Program-made: the position numbers and the translations under genes
Source: a virus
Strand: one strand, 5' to 3'
Length of the DNA stretch: 36,609 nt
Virus record (IMG/VR): IMGVR_UViG_3300000117_000005
Span: 1-36,609 of that record
Part shown: piece after piece, positions 25,164 to 30,678 of the stretch
Layout: each line of letters begins with the position of its first letter
Numbering within the stretch: the first letter of the stretch is position 1
Notes under the pieces: model-generated
Database searches by the model: none
Told to the model about the DNA's origin: nothing
Seen by the model: the letters and a program-made list of their open reading frames with translations, nothing else

Positions 25164-26624
25164 CTAATATCCTGATCCTATGCGGGTTGTCATCATGCTT
25201 CTAGAAAGAACGTGGTCAGGGCCATCGCCTCCATTCGCCATTCGCAAATAGCGAATAATGTCGAAGAAGTCCTTTAATGGCTCATCAGCCTTGCCTGAAG
25301 CGTTGTAGTTAATTAAAGAGTCTATAAGGTTACCGCAGTCCTCATGTATGTAGCACCTTGGTCTGTTAGCGGAATCTATTGGTACGTTTGGATTGTAGCT
25401 AAACCACTCATCTATAGCACTAATGCCTATCTCTTCCATTCTGCCATCTGACGGAATAAAGGTCATGCCGCAATCATCGAACTCAGTGAACAAGTCATCG
25501 TTGTCGGAGTTCTCCTTAGCGAAGTACCTACTGTCACCTATACGCTCAAATACCTCTATCTCAATGTCATCCTCTATCTCCTCAAACAGATCAACGTACC
25601 CCTGCACGTTGTAACCTATCTTCTTTGATGCTGGCCCATAACGCCACTTAGGATCACCGAACACAGCCCACTCTCCGTAGTAGTCCCTGTCAGGCCACTC
25701 CTTCCGAATGTACACATCTCCCTTTTCGTTTACTCCTGCCCATATCGCTACATAATTCCTGGCTCCTGCTGGGTCAACTACCTGATAACAAGTGTACCTG
25801 TGCTGATCAGATATGTCAGGAAAGGACATACCGTACTTATTTGGCTCATCGCTTAATACGTTAACCTCAGTGTTAAACAAGGGCAACAAAGAAGTCATGC
25901 TCTTAACGGGTATACCGTAAGCACGTACTAGTATCTCTTCTTCTGGTCTGCCTCTAAGGTCTTTAGCTATACGCTCATAACCACCAAAGGGGTTCTCATC
26001 TGAGTGCAGGTACACCACTGAGGCATCCCTAGATGGGCTGTACTGCTTGATGGGGACTTCCTTATCTATAAGTACACCAGTACGAGTCTTAAGCGTTTCT
26101 ACGTCCTTTAAGTACTCTGCCACAAAGGGAGTATAACCATCAATGGGAGTAAAGCCTATACCCATCTTTGCGTCCCTAGTAGCCAGTCGGAACCTAAGGG
26201 TATTTACTAATGAGGCATCACCTAGGTACTCATCTAACCACGCACCTATATTCAAGCCCTTAGCATCAGGAAAACCGAACTCAAAGCCCTCTAAGATAGT
26301 CTGGTTGTTACTGTACTGGGTGTACGTCTTGAAGTCTACACGGGTACGGGTATCAGGGAAGATAAAGCTCTTAGCCGTAAACCCGTTCTGCATACTGTAA
26401 TTAATGTACCCTTCGATGCTCTTAGTCTTCTTCTTAAATTCTTTAGGCATCATCTCCCATATAGCTGCTTGCTGCACCTTAATGGAAGTATCTTCGTTCT
26501 GGGAGAAGCATACTAGGTGACCATCATTGCTTTCAGTCACTGCTTCCATTACGATCTTAGCGAACCCTGTAGTCTTACCTGATCTGTTACCACCAAGAAC
26601 CAAGCACTCGTTGTAATCCTGCAA
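25164..26624 (-). CDS. terL: Terminase large subunit
   Basis: Walker A LVLGGNRSGKT, then ATPase and nuclease-type regions. The listed start is TTG only 11 codons before Walker A. The frame stays open a further 66 codons upstream (to 26822) with no ATG, GTG or TTG. Confidence 0.85.
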   Translation of the reverse strand: MQDYNECLVLGGNRSGKTTGFAKIVMEAVTESNDGHLVCFSQNEDTSIKVQQAAIWEMMPKEFKKKTKSIEGYINYSMQNGFTAKSFIFPDTRTRVDFKTYTQYSNNQTILEGFEFGFPDAKGLNIGAWLDEYLGDASLVNTLRFRLATRDAKMGIGFTPIDGYTPFVAEYLKDVETLKTRTGVLIDKEVPIKQYSPSRDASVVYLHSDENPFGGYERIAKDLRGRPEEEILVRAYGIPVKSMTSLLPLFNTEVNVLSDEPNKYGMSFPDISDQHRYTCYQVVDPAGARNYVAIWAGVNEKGDVYIRKEWPDRDYYGEWAVFGDPKWRYGPASKKIGYNVQGYVDLFEEIEDDIEIEVFERIGDSRYFAKENSDNDDLFTEFDDCGMTFIPSDGRMEEIGISAIDEWFSYNPNVPIDSANRPRCYIHEDCGNLIDSLINYNASGKADEPLKDFFDIIRYLRMANGGDGPDHVLSRSMMTTRIGSGY

Positions 26625-26805
26625 CCCATCCTTTATTCGCTCCCATCCAGGTAGGTTGAACCCATGGCGAATAGGATCGTCCTCAGATGCCTTAATCCTG
26701 CTTTCATGAGCCTTGTGTAGCTCTTTAAGAAGATTAAGGTCGTTCTCGTACAGCCAGACAATTTCCTCTGCTGTAGGAGGAGTCAGAAAGGGATGTTCAG
26801 TAAAC

Positions 26806-27024
26806 TTAATTATTTTTCCAGTCTATTTTCTCTAGCTCTTGCATGGACTTCTTAGCAACTAAGGCCAATAAGACAGCTAGGTTTTCTTGGAAGTGCTCTT
26901 CATCCATTTTGTTGAAGACATCGTACTCGAAGCCATCCTCTGTAACCGTAGCAACTAAAACAGATTGCCACCCTGGAGTAATAGTGTCTAAGCACTTATG
27001 AACTAAATCAGGGTTATTGTTCAT
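26806..27024 (-). CDS. Hypothetical protein (72 aa); one base off-frame from the TerL upstream extension
   Basis: ATG start, TAATG-coupled upstream. Its stop (26808-26806) lies inside the open TerL-frame extension. Confidence 0.5.
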   Translation of the reverse strand: MNNNPDLVHKCLDTITPGWQSVLVATVTEDGFEYDVFNKMDEEHFQENLAVLLALVAKKSMQELEKIDWKNN

Positions 27025-27311
27025 TAAATAATTCTTGTTATGTCGTGCTTAATGGGATCGCTTCTAAATGGCTTCTTTTCAATGGTGGAGGAAGTGGGAT
27101 TCGCACCCACGTCTTCAGAAGTATCCTCCTGAATCGAATCTAAATTACCCCCAGAAAAAACACCTTCGTTGCTGTTTTTACCCCCTCTAAATCTACTTTC
27201 GTACTCCTTGATGTCCGTATAAAAAGGTTCCTGAGGACGGAATACCCTATTGTAACCTTCGTAAAACTTGTCCCAGTTAGACACCCTGTTTCTATCGCCT
27301 TTACCGTTCAT
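27024..27311 (-). CDS. Hypothetical protein (95 aa) with an N-terminal GKGDRNR...W.KF..GY..VF motif
   Basis: ATG start; overlaps the upstream gene by 11 nt. The motif recalls a widespread small phage protein of unknown function. Confidence 0.5.
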   Translation of the reverse strand: MNGKGDRNRVSNWDKFYEGYNRVFRPQEPFYTDIKEYESRFRGGKNSNEGVFSGGNLDSIQEDTSEDVGANPTSSTIEKKPFRSDPIKHDITRII

Positions 27312-27870
27312 CGTCTAAATCTATTACCTGTGCTTCCTTCATTTTGTTCTTAGCCTTTTCCATAAGCTCCCTGTAGTCCTCATCAGTGTAAACCTTCTCC
27401 TCACGGTTAATACTCGTAGCTTCACCCCTAGCCAATAAAGCCTCTCTAGCTGAGTTAGCCTTAGCTATACTTATATCCTTAATATCCTTAAAGGTAGGCT
27501 TAATCTCACCTGACTCCATGTCCTCACGTACCTTCTGAACCATATCTTCCTCTAAGGAACTAATATGCAGATAAGAATAAGATGCTAATTGACCACCTAA
27601 CTCCCTCCACTTACCTAAGTGATCAGCGTAAGTAGCCAGTACCCTAACAATAGTATTCCTCTTGAACCCGTACTTGCGTACTAACTGAGTCTGAGTCTTA
27701 CCACTAGCACTAAGAAACAATATCTTAGCTGCTTTTTCAGGATCGTACTTCTCTAATGCCTTAACACCATCAAGCTCAGAACCCTTAACGAACTCTTTAA
27801 TCTTTTCATCTATGTCAGATAAAAGTTTTTCCTTGATTAATTCTTGTTGCACATTACTCTTATTGCACAT
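27301..27870 (-). CDS. Terminase small subunit-like DNA-binding protein
   Basis: First gene of the late arm, three genes upstream of TerL. HTH-like KTQTQLVRKYGFKRNTIVRVL. The track start at 27921 is TTG; the first ATG (MCNKSNVQQ) is at 27870. Confidence 0.5.
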   Translation of the reverse strand: MCNKSNVQQELIKEKLLSDIDEKIKEFVKGSELDGVKALEKYDPEKAAKILFLSASGKTQTQLVRKYGFKRNTIVRVLATYADHLGKWRELGGQLASYSYLHISSLEEDMVQKVREDMESGEIKPTFKDIKDISIAKANSAREALLARGEATSINREEKVYTDEDYRELMEKAKNKMKEAQVIDLDDER

Positions 27871-28009
27871 TATTATAATTATGTCAATCAATACGTACCG
27901 TAAACCCCTTGAGTGCAACAATTTTTAAAGGGGTAGTTTATGATAAAAGTACCGACCGCCCTCAGCGTTTTTAACCCCCACCCCCCCTTGGTTTACACTT
28001 TATTTACAT

Positions 28010-28215
28010 TTTGATTAGTCAAAGTACTGACTTTGATTAGTCAAACTTTAGACTTTGATTGATCAAACTGAACACTTTGATTAGTCAAAGAAAACACTTT
28101 GATTGATCAAACAATGGATTTTGATTAGTCAAAATTAGTACTTTGATTAGTCAAAATGTAAAATTTGATTGCTCAAAATAACCTGGCTGATCACAATGAC
28201 ATTTTTTTTGATCAA
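28010..28215. repeat. Array of 8 phased 14-bp dyad boxes TTTGATTRRTCAAA (22-bp period) plus 2 degenerate TGATCA cores
   Basis: Boxes start at 28010, 28032, 28054, 28076, 28098, 28120, 28142 and 28164. Degenerate cores are at 28188-28193 and 28208-28215. Confidence 0.95.
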
Positions 28216-28223
28216 TGGTGATG

Positions 28224-28255
28224 CAATCCAATGCCTAAAACCAATCCAGTGCCTA
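28224..28255. repeat. 14-bp direct repeat CAATCCARTGCCTA x2
   Basis: Copies at 28224-28237 and 28242-28255 with one mismatch. Confidence 0.85.
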
Positions 28256-28256
28256 T

Positions 28257-28396
28257 CTCTAAGCCCTTTTAATGGTTACTTTTTAGATCCCTTTCATTGG
28301 CTCTAAGGCTCTAAGCTCTTAGGCTTTAAAGCTCTAATCGCTAGCCCTAAGCCCTTTGATAAGCTCTAAGAGCTTCCCTTTGATCTCTTAGGCTCT
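28257..28396. repeat. Cluster of CTCTAAG / CTCTTAG heptamers in both orientations
   Basis: CTCTAAG at 28257, 28301, 28309 and 28364. CTCTTAG at 28316 and 28385. Variants at 28331 and 28345. The 13-nt palindrome AGCTCTAAGAGCT is at 28362-28374. Confidence 0.85.
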
Positions 28397-28459
28397 CTTC
28401 AATCGCATTATACCATTAAGCTTTAAACGCGTCAAACGATTCTAAAGGTATTTGGACAC

Positions 28460-28489
28460 AAAAAAGCCCCAACCTGTTAAGGCAAGGGC
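28460..28489 (-). terminator. Rho-independent terminator downstream of the 295-aa ORF
   Basis: Minus-sense GCCCTTGCC-TTAACA-GGTTGGGGC (two G-U pairs and one mismatch), followed by TTTTTT (plus A-run 28460-28465). Confidence 0.65.
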
Positions 28490-28514
28490 TTTAAAGGGCT
28501 TTAAAAGGCTCTAA

Positions 28515-29402
28515 TTATAGTTCATTGTTAAGCCTTTCTATTTCAGCGAACTTTACGATATGGCAACCAGCTCGAACCGTACCAATAGTTGAAACTGCAT
28601 CAAGTTGGTAGTTGCCAAGCTCGAATCGCTCACCGTTCCGTTGCCAAGATTTGCCGCTTTTCATTACTGATTTCACAAATCGGATTGCTAGCCTTGCTTG
28701 CTCTGTAGGAAAATGAGCTCCCTTAGAGGTTTCAACGGTCTTCCCGTCATCAATCAATCTAAGCAAGGTTTCGGGATATGACACAATCCAAACCTTTTTC
28801 CCGTTTCGCCAAGCGATCACATTTTCTTCCATTTCGGCTTTTAACTTAGCTAGCTTTTCAGCTTTCCGCTTTGCTTCCCGAATTCGGATTGCTTTGATTT
28901 TCTCTTTTATGTCTTCCGCTTCGAAATCGAAATCAAAATCAAAGTCCTTTAAGAGATGCTTGCAATCAAAGGTTTCGCTGTAGTCGAACGCTTGCGCGCG
29001 AGTATCCTTTGCCCCTTTTAAATAAAAATCGAAGTAAGATCGAGCCTTCGAAGCCTTTTTAATGTAGAAAGCAAATTTTCTAGCGTAATGCCTTAAGTTC
29101 GTTCGATCACATCTTTCGTATCTTTCGCTACCTGTTGAGGGAACTTCGAAAGTTTTGATAGAATCAGGGATTGATCCCCTTACGATTGAAGCGTGTTTAC
29201 TCGTTGAAACCGAGTAGCGCTCTGAGTTAATCAAAACGACTTTATTTTCCTGAAACTTAGCAATAGTATAGTGTTCACCATAGCTATATATAGAAGAGCC
29301 ATAAAAGAACATATTGCTTGCCCTTCCATGGTCTTGATTTTGCTGCGCCCAAACATGGGCGACTTCATTGTGATTTCTTAATACAGTTCTCATATTCAAC
29401 AT
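28515..29402 (-). CDS. Orphan 295-aa protein of unknown function, bracketed by repeat arrays
   Basis: ATG start. N-terminal domain (VAHVWAQQ...FFYGSSIYSYGEHYTIA...SVSTSKH), an acidic FDFDFDFE tract followed by a K/E-rich helix, and a C-terminal domain (...VETSKGAHFP...VRAGCHIV). It has its own terminator. Confidence 0.7.
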   Translation of the reverse strand: MLNMRTVLRNHNEVAHVWAQQNQDHGRASNMFFYGSSIYSYGEHYTIAKFQENKVVLINSERYSVSTSKHASIVRGSIPDSIKTFEVPSTGSERYERCDRTNLRHYARKFAFYIKKASKARSYFDFYLKGAKDTRAQAFDYSETFDCKHLLKDFDFDFDFEAEDIKEKIKAIRIREAKRKAEKLAKLKAEMEENVIAWRNGKKVWIVSYPETLLRLIDDGKTVETSKGAHFPTEQARLAIRFVKSVMKSGKSWQRNGERFELGNYQLDAVSTIGTVRAGCHIVKFAEIERLNNEL

Positions 29403-29417
29403 TTTTTCAGTGTTTGC

Positions 29418-29491
29418 AAAAAAGGGAAGTGCCCCTTTTTTATAGTAAAGTAATTTGAAGCGGATTTTTTAGAAAAGGGAAGCCTTTTTTT
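29418..29491. promoter_or_regulatory. Two A-run/GC/T-run hairpins sharing AAAAGGGAAG, just upstream of the 295-aa ORF
   Basis: AAAAAAGGGaagtgCCCCTTTTTT (29418-29441) and AAAAGGgaagCCTTTTTTT (29473-29491). Both look terminator-like on either strand, but the GC stems are short. Confidence 0.5.
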
Positions 29492-29554
29492 CAGTTATTT
29501 TGAAAGGTCTTTGAAGTGAATCTTTAAGGTTTCAAATGTCACTATTTTTTCACC

Positions 29555-29724
29555 AGGGATTGTAAAAAAAATGTAAACGTAAAATATCTGTAAATGTAAA
29601 TTTATTGTAAATGTAAAATGTTTGTAAAAGTAAAAAAAGTGTAAATGTAAATAATTCGTAAACGTAAATAAAATGTAAATGTAAAATATTTGTTAATGTA
29701 AATAAACTGTAAATTGAGATTAGG
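29555..29724. repeat. Array of about 10 units of TGTAAAYGTAAA plus a 5-nt variable spacer (exact 17-bp period)
   Basis: Units start at 29555 (half unit), 29572, 29589, 29606, 29623, 29640, 29657, 29674, 29691 and 29708 (half unit). Confidence 0.95.
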
Positions 29725-29764
29725 TCTCATTATCATGTTTATTGAGAATGGGTCTTATTATCAT
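29714..29764. repeat. 23-bp direct repeat TTGAGAWTRGGTCTYATTATCAT x2
   Basis: Copies at 29714-29736 and 29742-29764, 20/23 identical, start to start 28 bp. Confidence 0.85.
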
Positions 29765-29786
29765 CAACCTGGTAGATGATTGATTT

Positions 29787-29833
29787 CATATACATACATA
29801 CATACATACATACATACATCTACATACATCTAC
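29787..29833. repeat. Tetranucleotide microsatellite (TACA)n ending in a duplicated TACATACATC
   Basis: The tract reads cata(tacata...)tc tacatacatc tac. Seven uninterrupted TACA units lie at 29791-29818. Confidence 0.95.
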
Positions 29834-29982
29834 TGTACGACAACGGATCTACTGGGATGCTCTTCCCTCTTATACATTGTACATTTTCGGCAAAGTTCAT
29901 TGTACTGAAAAATAATTCTTTACCTTTTCAGCTTCTTTCGTCAACTTTTGGAGCATGGATAAACAAGTAATCTTAACCATCA

Positions 29983-30125
29983 AGCGCAACAATGGCGCTA
30001 GCTGGGCGCGGCGTAGCCGTTGACCCCAACTGATTTGGCAACCGCGCTCACGACGAGTGGTGATGCTCTCAGCTTTGATTAAGTTCATGCCTTCGGGTTG
30101 CTGTGGTCGTATGCCTGCTAAAGCT
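29983..30125. other. G+C-rich, helix-rich island in the AT-rich hub (candidate small RNA or structured DNA; alternatively a 63-aa minus-strand ORF 29897..30088)
   Basis: Helices: AGCGC/GCGCT (29983-87/29995-99); GGGCGCGG/CCGCGCTC (30004-11/30042-49) enclosing GTTG-accc-CAAC; a CC-TTCG-GG loop (30090-97); AGCTTT/AAAGCT (30071-76/30120-25). Confidence 0.3.
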
Positions 30126-30139
30126 CGTCATATTTTACA

Positions 30140-30171
30140 TTGTCACAAATTGACCCTTCAATATGTGACAA
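30140..30171. promoter_or_regulatory. Perfect 8-bp inverted repeat TTGTCACA-N16-TGTGACAA at the head of the early operon (operator-like)
   Basis: Arms at 30140-30147 and 30164-30171. It encloses TTGACC (30150-55) and lies 20 nt upstream of the first early ATG (30191). Confidence 0.55.
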
Positions 30172-30190
30172 AAATAACAGAACAATACAC

Positions 30191-30478
30191 ATGAAAAACA
30201 AAACACACACACACAAGGCACTCGAAGGAGTGCTTACAGACATAGAGGAGATCCGAAAGGATGTAACGAGTGGCGAGAGAGTCTTTGCAGATATGCAACT
30301 CGATCACTTAACTAGAACAGTAAGGTCTATCCAACGGGAACAGCTCCCAATGGACATGGACGAAGCAAAGGCTGAGGGATTATCTTACGCCTACAATGAC
30401 GCTGCTGATGATCTCAACAGCTTATCCGCTAGGATTTACGACATCTGCTCGCCAGGAGAGTGCAATACCACGCCATGA
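30191..30478 (+). CDS. Hypothetical early protein (95 aa)
   Basis: The track ORF starts at TTG 30140 inside the operator. The first ATG (MKNKTHTHK) is at 30191. Confidence 0.55.
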   Translation: MKNKTHTHKALEGVLTDIEEIRKDVTSGERVFADMQLDHLTRTVRSIQREQLPMDMDEAKAEGLSYAYNDAADDLNSLSARIYDICSPGECNTTP

Positions 30479-30678
30479 AGTTTTATTACAGCAATTGGAA
30501 GTGTTATTACAGCCAGTGGAATCAGGGTAGCCTATCGAGAAATCTTTTGGTTGACGAGGAGTTCCCCGAAACAGATGATACGTTCTGGCCCGAGAAACCT
30601 GAAGGAATTTTGGCAGATCTTTTAGATAGAATAAACATGGAGTACCAAGAAATCATAAAACAAAATGAAACCAAATAA
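30475..30678 (+). CDS. Hypothetical early protein (67 aa)
   Basis: ATG at 30475 forms an ATGA overlap with the upstream stop. The track start at 30460 is GTG. Confidence 0.5.
   Translation: MKFYYSNWKCYYSQWNQGSLSRNLLVDEEFPETDDTFWPEKPEGILADLLDRINMEYQEIIKQNETK

Noticed and set aside
26823-26860. Stop-codon reassignment (TAG recoding) to extend TerL further upstream
   Set aside because: The TerL frame upstream of 26822 has three TAG codons within about 12 codons and a non-coding-like translation. All other large genes are intact under the standard code.
28010-29724. The two regular repeat arrays as CRISPR arrays
   Set aside because: The repeats are 12-14 bp with 5-8 bp spacers, whereas CRISPR repeats are about 23-48 bp with about 26-72 bp spacers. 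No cas genes or leader-like organisation are present. The conserved parts are protein-binding-site sized.
28515-29724. Type III toxin-antitoxin locus (tandem RNA repeats, then terminator, then toxin)
   Set aside because: The order of elements fits. However, the repeat unit is only 17 nt and is conserved only in its two GTAAA cores, with free 5-nt spacers, whereas type III antitoxin repeats are about 35-45 nt and near-identical. The hairpins have very short GC stems. The 295-aa ORF is larger than ToxN-type toxins and shows no motif I can tie to them. This is not formally excluded; RNA-seq would settle it.
29776-29970. Plus-strand 64-aa ORF running through the (TACA)n tract
   Set aside because: Its translation (IYIHTYIHTYIYIH) is simply the microsatellite read in frame. 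It has no RBS or coding-like composition and lies in the non-coding hub.
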